NCBI GenBank assembly: GCA_963849885.1
Contig: CAWKIV010000002.1
Location: 71,993-135,992 of the forward strand
Source: an uncultured Actinomycetota bacterium
GTDB taxonomy: Bacteria > Actinomycetota > Actinomycetes > Mycobacteriales > CADCTP01
Direction of reading: 5' to 3'
DNA length: 64,000 bases
The notes below the pieces were generated by a model. That model had not been told where the DNA came from. It saw only the letters and a program-made list of their open reading frames with translations, and did no database searches. How positions within the stretch are numbered: the stretch's first letter is position 1; each line of letters begins with the position of its first letter. Below are positions 1-9,234 of this stretch, in pieces. A program made the translations under genes and the position numbers.

Positions 1-180
1 CTCGACGGTGAGCAGCCCGTCGCGCTCCATCCGCGCGACGGTCTGGCTGACGGTGGGGCCGCTCTGCTTGAGCCGCTCCGCGATGCGGGCGCGCAGGGGC
101 GTGACGCCCTCCTCCTCCAGCTCGTACACCGTGCGGAGGTACATCTCAGTGGTATCGATCAGGTCGCTGTGGTGACTCAA
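1..180 (-). CDS. ideR: DtxR/IdeR-family iron-dependent transcriptional repressor, first 60 codons only (rest lies left of the window)
   Basis: Reverse-strand translation from TTG at 180 (GGAGG 4 nt upstream) gives [61 protein letters not shown] recognise this as the winged-helix N-terminus of IdeR/DtxR. It is absent from the ORF track because the window edge truncates it. Confidence 0.85.
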   Translation of the reverse strand, partial: MSHHSDLIDTTEMYLRTVYELEEEGVTPLRARIAERLKQSGPTVSQTVARMERDGLLTVE

Positions 181-291
181 CGGTCCTCCGGCTCAGTCCC
201 CGTGATCGTACGTCCGCCGAGACCGCCACGGTGCCATCCACAGCGGTGGGTCGCCAGGCCGACAGGGCGTCCTGTCAGGGAAGATGGCCGG

Positions 292-1149
292 ATGAGCGAT
301 TCCGGTCCGCTGGTCGGCGCCCCCGATCTCGCGGTCGAGCTCGGCCTGCGCCCCGGCGGCGGCGCGACCGGCCCGGCCCCGGTCGTGCTGGACGTCCGCT
401 GGCGGCTGCTCGGCCCGCCGCCGGCGGAGCTGTACGCGGCCGGCCACCTGCCCGGCGCGGTCGCCGTCGACCTGGACGCGGACCTGGCCGCGCCGCCCGG
501 CCCCGGCGGCCGGCACCCGCTGCCGGACCCGGCCGACCTGCAGGCGGCGCTGCGCCGCTTCGGCGTCCGGACGGGCGGCGCCGTGGTCGCGTACGACGAC
601 GGCGACGGCAGCAGCGCGGCCCGGGCCTGGTGGCTGCTGCGCTGGGCCGGGCACCGGGACGTCCGGGTGCTGGACGGCGGCTTCGCCGCCTGGACCGCCG
701 CCGGCCTGCCCACCACGACCGAGGTGCCGGTGCCGGTGCCCGGCGACGTGGTGGTCCGGCCCGGCGGGATGCCGGTGCTGGACGCGGCCGGCGCGGCCGA
801 CGTCGCCGCCCGCGGGGTGCTGCTCGACGCGCGGGCGGCCGAGCGGTTCCGCGGCGAGGTCGAGCCGGTCGACCCGGTGGCCGGGCACGTCCCCGGGGCC
901 CGCAGCGCGCCACTGACCGGCAACGTCGGCCCGGACGGCCGGTTCCTCCCGCCGGCCGAGCTGCGCCGCCGGTTCGCCGGGCTCGGGGTCACCGCGGACG
1001 CCCCGGTGGGGGCGTACTGCGGGTCCGGGGTGACCGCGGCCCAGCAGGTGCTCGCGCTGGAGCGGGCCGGCGTCCGGGCCGCGCTCTACGCCGGCTCGTG
1101 GAGCGAGTGGATCACCGACCCGGACCGCCCGGTGGCGACCGGGCCCTAG
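292..1149 (+). CDS. Thiosulfate/3-mercaptopyruvate sulfurtransferase (tandem rhodanese domains)
   Basis: In-frame ATG at 292 inside track ORF 169..1149. Two rhodanese modules are present (VVLDVRW...YAAGHLPGAV, and the active-site loop YCGSGVTAA). The C-terminal YAGSWSEW motif is typical of SseA/CysA-type enzymes. Confidence 0.85.
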   Translation: MSDSGPLVGAPDLAVELGLRPGGGATGPAPVVLDVRWRLLGPPPAELYAAGHLPGAVAVDLDADLAAPPGPGGRHPLPDPADLQAALRRFGVRTGGAVVAYDDGDGSSAARAWWLLRWAGHRDVRVLDGGFAAWTAAGLPTTTEVPVPVPGDVVVRPGGMPVLDAAGAADVAARGVLLDARAAERFRGEVEPVDPVAGHVPGARSAPLTGNVGPDGRFLPPAELRRRFAGLGVTADAPVGAYCGSGVTAAQQVLALERAGVRAALYAGSWSEWITDPDRPVATGP

Positions 1150-1208
1150 GCTGCGTCTCTCAATCCGCGATGGATGCCCGCGCCGCCAGCGGGGTCGAGA
1201 GACACGCG

Positions 1209-1794
1209 CTAGTCCTTCTTGTACTTCGGGATCAGCAGCTCGAGCACCTTGGTCGCGATCGGGTCGCCGCCCTCGCGCAGGCCGCTGAAGTACGCGGCGA
1301 GCAGGCCGGACGCCGCCGGGTCCTTGGACCGGGCGACGTAGATGATCGTGCTGGAGGTGCGGACCGCCGGGTAGCCGCCCACGGTGAGGTCGGTGCTGCC
1401 CGACCGCTTGTACGAGGTCAGCTTCAGGTAGTCGAAGACCGCGACGATCATCGACCGGCCGTCGTCGGCGCGGATCTGGCAGCCGCTGCTCTGCGACCGG
1501 CTGAAGGTCACCGAGGTGCCGATCGCCGCCTCCACCGCGGCCTTGTCCAGGGCCATGCAGACCGGGCTGGTCTCGCCGCCGGAGCCGCTCGGCGACGGCG
1601 AGGAGGACGACGACGACGGAGGAGGACTCGGTGGACGTCGGCTCGTCGGTCGGCGACGGCGAGGAGCCGGTGGGGCCGCCGGTCTGCACGTCCGCGGCGA
1701 TGGTGCCGGTGCCGGGAACGGCCTGGGCACAGGCCGCCGCGGTCGGGACGGCGAGCAGCAGGGCGAGCCCTGCCAGGAGGCGTCGGGCCGTCAT
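1209..1794 (-). pseudogene. Secreted lipoprotein, reading frame broken (+1) in a Ser/Pro linker as assembled
   Basis: ATG at 1794 opens MTARRLLAGLALLLAVPTAAAC (signal peptide plus lipobox Cys), followed by a Ser/Pro/Thr linker. The globular part ETSPVCMALDKAAVEAAIGTSVTF...LELLIPKYKKD is track ORF 1209..1730, in the +1 frame. The switch lies in the tcctcctcc/gtcgtcgtc codon run near 1620. Confidence 0.6.
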
Positions 1795-1956
1795 CGAGCG
1801 GTCCTTCCGTTCGTAGCGAACCTCGCGCGACCGGTCCCGGTCACCGAGCGCAGTGGATACTAAGCCTAGGGGGTGAACCGGGGCGGACTGCGCATCCGCC
1901 CCAGATCGGAAGTCGCTACCGGCCGTGCCGGATGTCCCGGACGGTACGTTCGGCGG

Positions 1957-3153
1957 GTGAGCGACTCGGTCACCGTGGTATGGGACGACGGCTACCTGGC
2001 CTACGACCTCGGCGGGGACCACCCGCTGCACCCGGTCCGGCTGGCGCTGACCGTGTCGCTGGCCCGCCGGCTCGGCGTGCTCGACGCCCCGCACGTCTCG
2101 GTGGTCGCCCCGGTGCCGGCCGGCGAGGAGCTGCTCACCCTGGTGCACGACCCGGCCTACCTGGAGGTCGTCCGGCAGGCGCCGCACCTCGGCTGGGCCG
2201 CCGGGCACGGCTTCGACTCGCCGGACAACCCGGTCTTCCCGGCCATGTACGAGGCGTCCGCGCTGATCACCGGCGGGTCCGTGCTGGCCGCCGAGCGGGT
2301 CTGGTCGGGGGAGAGCCAGCACGCGGTGAACATCGCCGGCGGGCTGCACCACGCGATGCGGTCCCGGGCCGCCGGCTTCTGCGTCTTCAACGACCCGGCG
2401 GTGGCGATCGCCCGGTTGCTCCAGCTCGGCGCCGAGCGGGTCGCGTACGTCGACGTGGACGTGCACCACGGCGACGGGGTCCAGGCCGCGTTCTACGACG
2501 ACCCGCGGGTGCTCACGGTCAGCCTTCATCAAACTCCGCTGACGCTGTTCCCGGGCACCGGGTTCCCGGACGAGGTCGGTCGCGGGGACGCGGCCGGCAC
2601 CAGTGTCAACGTCGCCCTGCCGGTGGGCACCACGGACGAGGAGTGGCACCGGGCCTTCGCCGCGGTGGTGCCGGGGGTGCTGCGCGCCTTCCGGCCGCAG
2701 GTGCTGGTCACCCAGGCCGGCTGCGACACCCACCACGAGGACCCGCTGGCCGAGCTGGCGCTCACCGTGGACGGGCAGCGCAGCTCGTACATGATCCTGC
2801 ACGAGCTGGCGCACGAGCTGTGCGAGGGGCGCTGGCTGGCCCTCGGCGGCGGCGGGTACGGGCTGGTCCGGTGCGTGCCGCGGGCCTGGACGCACCTGCT
2901 GGCCGAGGCGGTGGGGCAGCGGATCGCGCCCGGCACCCCGGTGCCGGCGGAGTGGGCCGAGGAGGTGCGCGAGCGGGGGCTGCGCACCCGGCCGCCGGCG
3001 GCGATGACCGAGCTGGACCCGGCGCCGCAGGGGATCGCCTGGCGGGGCTGGGAGCCGGGGGAGGCGGCCACCCCGCTGGACCGGGCGGTCGCGGCCACCC
3101 GGCGGGCGGTCTACCCGCTGCACGGGCTCGACCCGGACGATCCCCGTGACTGA
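1957..3153 (+). CDS. acuC: Histone-deacetylase-family deacetylase (acetoin utilisation protein AcuC-like)
   Basis: Track ORF 1873..3153. It carries the HDAC signature GGLHHAMRSRAAGFCVFND and the metal site VDVDVHHGDGVQ. GTG 1957 (VSDSVTVVWDDGY) is chosen as the start; 1873 is also possible. Confidence 0.85.
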   Translation: MSDSVTVVWDDGYLAYDLGGDHPLHPVRLALTVSLARRLGVLDAPHVSVVAPVPAGEELLTLVHDPAYLEVVRQAPHLGWAAGHGFDSPDNPVFPAMYEASALITGGSVLAAERVWSGESQHAVNIAGGLHHAMRSRAAGFCVFNDPAVAIARLLQLGAERVAYVDVDVHHGDGVQAAFYDDPRVLTVSLHQTPLTLFPGTGFPDEVGRGDAAGTSVNVALPVGTTDEEWHRAFAAVVPGVLRAFRPQVLVTQAGCDTHHEDPLAELALTVDGQRSSYMILHELAHELCEGRWLALGGGGYGLVRCVPRAWTHLLAEAVGQRIAPGTPVPAEWAEEVRERGLRTRPPAAMTELDPAPQGIAWRGWEPGEAATPLDRAVAATRRAVYPLHGLDPDDPRD

Positions 3154-3350
3154 GCACCCGGACCCCGGACTGAACCGCGGGCCGGATCGCCGGACCGGAC
3201 GCCGGACCGGACCCCGGGCCCGACCCCGCACCGGGCGCCGGGCCGGACGCCGGACTGGACGCGGCGCCGGACGCCGGGCTGGACGCCGGGGCTGACCCGG
3301 CCGGCTACCCGGCCGGCTGGGAGGCCGACGTCGCGGTCGCCGACGGCGGC

Positions 3351-5933
3351 GTGGTGCACGTGCGGCCGATCCGCCCGGACGACCGGGACCGGCTGGTCGC
3401 GTTCCACTCCCGGCTGAGCGAGCGCACCGTCTACCTGCGCTACTTCGCCCCGCACCCGACGCTGTCCGAGCGCGACCTGGACCGGCTCACCCGGGTCGAC
3501 CACGGCGACCGGGTGGCGCTGGTCGCGCAGCTCGGCGCGGACCTGATCGGGGTGGGCCGGTACGACCGGATCGACGGCGGCCCGAGCGCCGAGGTCGCCT
3601 TCGTGGTCGACGACGCCCAGCAGGGCCGCGGCATCGGCTCGCTGCTGCTGGAGCACCTGGCCGCGGCCGCCCGGGAGCGCGGCATCCAGCGCTTCGTCGC
3701 CGAGGTGCTCGCGGAGAACAGCCGGATGGTCCGGGTCTTCAAGGACGCCGGCTACACCGCGGAGTACTCCTACGACTCCGGCGTGGTCGAGCTGAGCTTC
3801 CCGATCGCGCCGACCGACGCGTCCCGGGCGGTCGCGTACGAGCGGGAGCGGCGGGCCGAGTCCCGCTCGATCGAGCGGCTGCTCACCCCGCGCTCGGTCG
3901 CGGTCGTGGGCGCCAGCACCGACCCGGCGAAGGTCGGGCACGTCGTGTTCGGCAACCTGATGGCGTACGGCTTCCAGGGGCCGGTCTACCCGGTGCACCC
4001 GGAGGCCCGGCACGTCGGCGGCGTCCGGGCGTACCCGAGCGTGCTGGACATCCCGGACGACGTGGACCTGGCCGTGGTCGCGGTGCCGGCCGCCGCGGTC
4101 GCCGGGGTGGTCGAGGAGTGCGCCCGCAAGCGGGTGCGCGCGCTGGTGGTGCTCTCCGGCGGCTTCGGCGAGCGCGGCGCGGAGGGCCGGGAGCTGGAGC
4201 AGGCGCTGGTCACGGAGGCGCGCGCGCAGGGCATGCGGGTGGTCGGGCCGAACTGCCTCGGCGTGGTCAACGCCGACCCCGCGGTCCGGCTCAACGCGAC
4301 GATCGCGCCGCTGGTGCCCGGCCGCGGCCGGGTCGGCTTCTTCTGCCAGTCCGGCGCGCTGGGCACCGCGATCCTGGCCTCGGCGGTGCGCTGGGGGCTG
4401 GGGCTGTCCTCGTTCGTGTCGGCCGGCAACCGGGCCGACGTCAGCGGCAACGACCTGCTCCAGTTCTGGGAGACCGACCCGGCCACCGACGTGGTGCTGC
4501 TCTACCTGGAGAGCTTCGGCAACCCGCGCAAGTTCGCCCGGCTGGCCCGGCGGGTGGCCCGGACCAAGCCGGTGGTCGCGGTGAAGACCGGCCGGTACGC
4601 GGCGGCACCGGTGCTGGCGGCCCGCACGGTGCCGGTGCCGGAGGAGCGGGTGCAGGCGCTGTTCGAGGGGTCCGGGGTGATCCGGGTGGACACCCTGACC
4701 GAGCTGTTCGACGTGGCCCAGCTGCTGGCGTACCAGCCGCTGCCGGCCGGGCGGCGGCTGGCCGCGGTGACCAACTCGACCGCGCTGACCGTGCTGGTGG
4801 CGGACGCGTGCATCGCCGCCGGGCTGGAGAGCTCGGCCGCCTCGGTGGACCTGGGGCCGGACGTGGACGTGGCCGGGTTCGCCGCGGCGCTGCGGACCGC
4901 CGGCGAGCAGGCCGACGCGGTGGTGGCGGTCTTCGCGCCGGTGCTGGCCACGCCGGGGGAGGACTTCGCCCGCGCGCTGGCCGAGGTGGCGGCGGCCTCG
5001 GCGGTGCCGGTGGTGAGCACCTTCCTCGGCGTGGAGGGGGTGCCGGCGGCGCTGCGGCGGCGCGCTCCCGGCGGGGACGAGGCGCGGCCCGGCTCGGTCC
5101 CGTCGTACCCGACGCCGGAGCGGGCGGTGCGCGCGCTGGCGGCCGCCGCGCGGTACGCGGAGTGGCGGCGCCGGCCGGCCGGCACCGTGCCCGAGCTGGC
5201 CGGCCTCGACGCCGACGGCGCGCGCGAGCTGGTCGCCGGGGTGCTCGCGGGCGCGCCGGCCGGCCGGGAGCTGACCGGGCCGGAGGCGGCCGGGCTGCTG
5301 CTCGCGTACGGGCTGGTGATGGTGCCGCGCCGGCTCGCGGCCGGGCCGGCCGAGGCGGTCGCCGCCGCGGCGGAGCTGGGCTACCCGGTGGCGGTCAAGG
5401 CCACCGCGGAGGGGCTGCGGCACCGCCCGGACCTGGGCGCGGTCCGGCTCGACCTGGCCGACGCGGACGCGGTGCGGGACGCCGCGGTGGCGCTGGCCGA
5501 GCTGGGCGGCGGGGCGCCGGTGGTGGTGCAGCGGATGGCCCGGGCCGGGGTGGCCACCGTGGTCGAGGTGCTGGACGACCCGTCGTTCGGCGCGCTGGTG
5601 TCGTTCGGGGTCGGCGGCATCGCCACCGAGCTGCTCGGCGACCGGGCGTACGCGCCGGTGCCGCTGTCCGACCTGGACGCGGCCGAGCTGGTCGGCGCAC
5701 CCCGGGCGGCGCCGCTGCTGTCCGGGCACCGCGGCGCCGAGCCGGTGGACACCGCCGCGCTGACCGACCTGCTGCTGCGGGTGTCCCGGCTGGCCGAGGA
5801 CCTGCCCGAGGTGCTCGGGCTGGAGCTCAACCCGGTGCTGGTCGGCCGCCGCGGGCTGGACGTGCTCGCCGCCCGGGTGACCGTCGGGCCGCCGACGGCC
5901 CGGGCCGACCCCGGCCCCCGCCGGCTGCCCTGA
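3351..5933 (+). CDS. Pat-type protein acetyltransferase: GNAT domain fused to ADP-forming acyl-CoA-synthetase-like domains
   Basis: Track ORF 3351..5933. The GNAT core (QGRGIGSLLLEHL...FVAEVLAENSRM) is followed by CoA-binding (SVAVVGAS...VYPVHP, VVGPNCLG) and ATP-grasp modules. The first canonical start is GTG 3351, but the conserved YPAGWEADV segment is encoded upstream (see findings), so the true 5' end is unresolved. Confidence 0.85.
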   Translation: MVHVRPIRPDDRDRLVAFHSRLSERTVYLRYFAPHPTLSERDLDRLTRVDHGDRVALVAQLGADLIGVGRYDRIDGGPSAEVAFVVDDAQQGRGIGSLLLEHLAAAARERGIQRFVAEVLAENSRMVRVFKDAGYTAEYSYDSGVVELSFPIAPTDASRAVAYERERRAESRSIERLLTPRSVAVVGASTDPAKVGHVVFGNLMAYGFQGPVYPVHPEARHVGGVRAYPSVLDIPDDVDLAVVAVPAAAVAGVVEECARKRVRALVVLSGGFGERGAEGRELEQALVTEARAQGMRVVGPNCLGVVNADPAVRLNATIAPLVPGRGRVGFFCQSGALGTAILASAVRWGLGLSSFVSAGNRADVSGNDLLQFWETDPATDVVLLYLESFGNPRKFARLARRVARTKPVVAVKTGRYAAAPVLAARTVPVPEERVQALFEGSGVIRVDTLTELFDVAQLLAYQPLPAGRRLAAVTNSTALTVLVADACIAAGLESSAASVDLGPDVDVAGFAAALRTAGEQADAVVAVFAPVLATPGEDFARALAEVAAASAVPVVSTFLGVEGVPAALRRRAPGGDEARPGSVPSYPTPERAVRALAAAARYAEWRRRPAGTVPELAGLDADGARELVAGVLAGAPAGRELTGPEAAGLLLAYGLVMVPRRLAAGPAEAVAAAAELGYPVAVKATAEGLRHRPDLGAVRLDLADADAVRDAAVALAELGGGAPVVVQRMARAGVATVVEVLDDPSFGALVSFGVGGIATELLGDRAYAPVPLSDLDAAELVGAPRAAPLLSGHRGAEPVDTAALTDLLLRVSRLAEDLPEVLGLELNPVLVGRRGLDVLAARVTVGPPTARADPGPRRLP

Positions 5934-5948
5934 CCCGCGGGACCGCCG

Positions 5949-6362
5949 TCAGGCGATCGAGGCGACGACGATCGCCGCCACCGCGAGGTGCGCGGCCGCG
6001 GTGACGATCGCGACCGGCTGCACCGCGCCCGGCCGGGCCAGGATCTCGCCGAGCCTGCCCGGGGTGAGCACGTCGACCACGGAGAACGCCACGGCGGTGA
6101 GGACCACGCCGAGCAGTCCGAAGGCGACGGTCCACAGCAGCGCGTCGCCGAAGCCGGCGCTCGCGTTGGTCCAGATCGCGGTGAAGATCACCAGCCCCTG
6201 CCCGATCAGCGCGGCGGCCAGCACCAGCGCGGAGCTGTAGGACTCCGACACGTGGGAGACCAGCCGTCCGGGGGTGAGCAGGTCGACCACGAAGGCGGCG
6301 AGGATCAGCAGCCCGATGCCGACGCCGAGGTAGACGACCGCGTACAGCAGGTTGTCCCACAT
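5949..6362 (-). CDS. DUF350 (YjfL-like) small integral membrane protein
   Basis: ATG 6362 inside shadow ORF 5949..7613. The 137-aa product has four hydrophobic helices with the duplicated DLLTPGRL / DVLTPGRL motif. Confidence 0.8.
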   Translation of the reverse strand: MWDNLLYAVVYLGVGIGLLILAAFVVDLLTPGRLVSHVSESYSSALVLAAALIGQGLVIFTAIWTNASAGFGDALLWTVAFGLLGVVLTAVAFSVVDVLTPGRLGEILARPGAVQPVAIVTAAAHLAVAAIVVASIA

Positions 6363-6373
6363 GGGCCGGAATC

Positions 6374-7588
6374 CTAGGGCTTGACCCCGTCCTCCTTGAG
6401 CCAGGCCGCGCGCTGGTCCTTTCCGGGGGTCGGCGCGTCGATGTAGTGCGGCACGAAGCGGGCGTAGTAGTCGGTGACCGGCCCGTCGGACTCGCGGATG
6501 CCGAGCCCGGCCGCGTGGCCGTCGACCACCCACGCCCCCAGCACCGGGTACGCCCCGTCGAACGGCGCCGGCGGCGACCAGAGCTGGTAGCAGCGGCCCT
6601 CGGCGCCGTAGTGCTGGTGCGGCGACTGGTGCTCGGTGCCGTCGAGCACCCACTTCATCCCGTCGCCCTCCCGGCCGTGCAGGGGCTTCTCGATCCAGGA
6701 GGTCATGCCCCACGGCCGGTCCAGGTAGGCCGGCAGCAGGTTCTCGTGCCCGGGGTAGAGGTGCCACAGCGCGGCCAGCAGCGCCTTGTTGGACAGCAGC
6801 ACCTTCCACAGCGGCTCGATCCACCGGGTCGACTGCGGGTCGGCCAGCACCCGCTCGCCGAACTCGTCGGTCAGCATGTCCTCCCACGGGTAGAGCTTGA
6901 AGCAGCTCTGGATGACCCGGCCCTCGTGGTCGACGAAGCGGCGCAGGTCGTGGTCGAAGCCGATCTGCTCCACGGTCATGCCGACGGTGTTCAGGCCGGC
7001 CTGGTCCGCGGTGTCGCGCAGGTACGCGACCGTCATCCACTCCTCGCCGGAGGTCTCCGCCTCGGAGTGGGCCAGGTGCAGCACCGGCCCGATCCGGCGG
7101 GCCTGCTGGCGCCAGCTGGAGACCAGCCGCTCGTGCAGCGAGTTCCACTGGTCCCGCTCCGGGTGCAGGTCCTGCAGCCAATACCACTGCGCCACCGAGG
7201 ACTCGATCAGCCCGGTCGGGGTGTCCGCGTTGTACTCGTACAGCTGGGCCGGCCCCTGCCCGTCGTAGCGCAGGTCGAAGCGCCCGTAGACGGACACCGG
7301 GTCGGACTCCAGCGAGGCCTTGGCCGCGGCCAGCGCCCGCTCGGACAGCCCGAGCGTGCCGAAGGTGCCGGTGACCAGGTGGTGGGCCGCCTCGACGCAC
7401 ATCCCGTGCAGCCGGTCGGTCACGTCCTCGAGGTGCTCGACCTCCCACTCGTCCAGCACGTACGCCGCGTCCTCGAACCAGTACGGCACCTCGCGGCCGT
7501 CGTCGAGGGTGGTGGTCGGGTAGACGAGGCCCTGGGACTCGACAGTGCGGCGCCAGTCCCGCCGGGCCGCCGACGGGACCCGCTTCAT
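6374..7588 (-). CDS. Glutathionylspermidine-synthase-family ATP-grasp protein (YjfC-like)
   Basis: ATG 7588 (MKRVPSAARRDW) within track ORF 6374..7900. The family motifs YEYNADTPTG and KPLHGREGDG are present. Pairing with DUF350 and a lipoprotein mirrors the yjfM-yjfL-yjfC arrangement. Confidence 0.9.
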   Translation of the reverse strand: MKRVPSAARRDWRRTVESQGLVYPTTTLDDGREVPYWFEDAAYVLDEWEVEHLEDVTDRLHGMCVEAAHHLVTGTFGTLGLSERALAAAKASLESDPVSVYGRFDLRYDGQGPAQLYEYNADTPTGLIESSVAQWYWLQDLHPERDQWNSLHERLVSSWRQQARRIGPVLHLAHSEAETSGEEWMTVAYLRDTADQAGLNTVGMTVEQIGFDHDLRRFVDHEGRVIQSCFKLYPWEDMLTDEFGERVLADPQSTRWIEPLWKVLLSNKALLAALWHLYPGHENLLPAYLDRPWGMTSWIEKPLHGREGDGMKWVLDGTEHQSPHQHYGAEGRCYQLWSPPAPFDGAYPVLGAWVVDGHAAGLGIRESDGPVTDYYARFVPHYIDAPTPGKDQRAAWLKEDGVKP

Positions 7589-7968
7589 CCGCCCGAGCCG
7601 CCGGACCGGACACCGCCGCCGAAGCCGCCGCGCGGCACGTTGCCGCCGGCGGCCGGCACGCCGCCGCGCCGGTAGGACCCGCTCGGCTGGGAGAAGGTGC
7701 CGCCGCTGACCCGCTGGCCGATCCCGGGGAAGCCCCGGCCGACCGAGGTGCCGAGGAAATACCAGAGGAAGGCGCTGCCCCCGATGCCGGAGGTGGCCCG
7801 GCTGCCGTCGGGGTTGCACTGGTCGTCGTCCACCCGCACCTGCGTCTCCTCGTCGACGCAGACGGCCTGGTTGTCGACGGTGTCGTCGTCGCTGGAGCAC
7901 GCGGCCAGCGACGGCGCCAGCAACGCCGTCACGCCGAGCACCACGGCGGCCGACTTGCGCTGCGACAT
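7585..7968 (-). CDS. Lipoprotein with Gly-rich C-terminus
   Basis: Track ORF 7585..7968. It opens with MSQRKSAAVVLGVTALLAPSLAAC (signal peptide plus lipobox). Its stop overlaps the ATG of the downstream gsp-like gene (ATGA at 7588-7585). Confidence 0.7.
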   Translation of the reverse strand: MSQRKSAAVVLGVTALLAPSLAACSSDDDTVDNQAVCVDEETQVRVDDDQCNPDGSRATSGIGGSAFLWYFLGTSVGRGFPGIGQRVSGGTFSQPSGSYRRGGVPAAGGNVPRGGFGGGVRSGGSGG

Positions 7969-8042
7969 GCGACTCCTGTCCGGGACGGGAAGTGGCCCGC
8001 CGGGAGGGTACCCGGCGGGCCGTTGCTGATCCCTGCGGTGGC

Positions 8043-9137
8043 CTACTCGACGTAGTCGCGCAGCGCGCCGGACCGGGACGGGTGGCGCAGCTTGGCCATC
8101 GTGTCCCGCTCGATCTGCCGGATCCGCTCCCGGCTCAGCCCGAAGGCCTTGCCGATCTCGTCCAGCGTGCGCGGCCGGCCGTCGTCCAGCCCATACCGCA
8201 TGCGCAGCACCTGCCGCTCCCGGCTCTCCAGCGTGTCCAGCACCGCGTCGAGCTGCTCGCGCATGAAGCCGAACTCCACCGCGTCCTGCGCGTCCGCGGC
8301 GTCGGAGTCCTCGATGAAGTCACCCAGCTGGGCGTCGTCGTCGTCGCCGACGGTCTGGTCCAGGCTGACCAGGTCCCGCCCGTACTGGAACAGCTCGGTC
8401 ACCCGCGCCGCGGTGATGTCGAGCTCCAGCCCGAGCTCCTCCTCGGTGGCGTCCCGGCCGAGCTGCTGGTGCAGGATCCGCCGGGTCCGCTCCAGCTTGT
8501 TGACCTGCTCGACCAGGTGGACCGGCAGCCGGATGGTCCGGCCCTGGTCGGCCATCGCCCGGGTGATCGCCTGCCGGATCCACCACGTCGCGTACGTCGA
8601 GAACTTGAAGCCCTTGGTGTAGTCGAACTTCTCCACCGCGCGGACCAGGCCGAGGTTGCCCTCCTGGATCAGGTCCAGGAACGGCAGGCCGTGGCCGGTG
8701 TAGCGCTTGGCCAGCGAGACCACCAGCCGCAGGTTGGCCTGCAGCAGGTGCTCCTTGGCCCGGCGGCCGTCCGCGGCCAGCGCCTGGAAGTCGCGGCGCT
8801 TGGCCGGGGTCAGCTTGGTGGTCGGGTGGGCGAGCAGGTGGTCGGCGTAGAGACCGGCCTCGATCCGCTTGGACAGCTCGACCTCCTGCTCGGCGTTGAG
8901 CAGGGCGACCTTGCCGATCTCGTTGAGGTAGACCCGGACCAGGTCCGCGGACAGCGCGGCACTCTGCTCGTCCAGGTCGGGGAGCCTCTCGTCGACCTCC
9001 TCGACGGCGGCGGTGTCGGTCGCGGCCGCGTCGGGCCGCACCGACGGACGCTGCGTGCGGTGCGGCCGCGACATGATGCGCGGCTCGACCGACGCGCGGC
9101 GGCGCGGTGTGGCAGAGTCGGTGCGAGGAAATGTCAC
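8043..9137 (-). CDS. sigB: Group-2 sigma-70 factor (SigB/HrdA-D-like)
   Basis: Track ORF 8043..9137. Regions 1.2-4.2 are present ([76 protein letters not shown]). The N-terminus is short compared with the paralog at 25050..26705. An alternative start is ATG 9074. Confidence 0.9.
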   Translation of the reverse strand: MTFPRTDSATPRRRASVEPRIMSRPHRTQRPSVRPDAAATDTAAVEEVDERLPDLDEQSAALSADLVRVYLNEIGKVALLNAEQEVELSKRIEAGLYADHLLAHPTTKLTPAKRRDFQALAADGRRAKEHLLQANLRLVVSLAKRYTGHGLPFLDLIQEGNLGLVRAVEKFDYTKGFKFSTYATWWIRQAITRAMADQGRTIRLPVHLVEQVNKLERTRRILHQQLGRDATEEELGLELDITAARVTELFQYGRDLVSLDQTVGDDDDAQLGDFIEDSDAADAQDAVEFGFMREQLDAVLDTLESRERQVLRMRYGLDDGRPRTLDEIGKAFGLSRERIRQIERDTMAKLRHPSRSGALRDYVE

Positions 9138-9234
9138 TGAACGGTCTCCCGGCTCGGGCGTGGTCGTACGTCTGTCTAACGTTCCGTACGACGCGGTGTT
9201 CCCGTCGGGGGTTCACTCCTGCCCCGCTCGGGGT

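Noticed and set aside
193-3231. Very long ORFs on non-coding frames or strands. Examples are 193..3231 minus (1012 aa), 231..3149 plus, 3111..5729 minus, 12711..15095 plus, 18585..20732 minus, 40940..44521 plus and 56131..58368 plus.
   Set aside because: Their translations are Arg/Pro/Gly/Ala-rich low complexity with poor third-position GC. They overlap genes that have clear family signatures. This is typical shadow-ORF behaviour in DNA above 70 percent GC.
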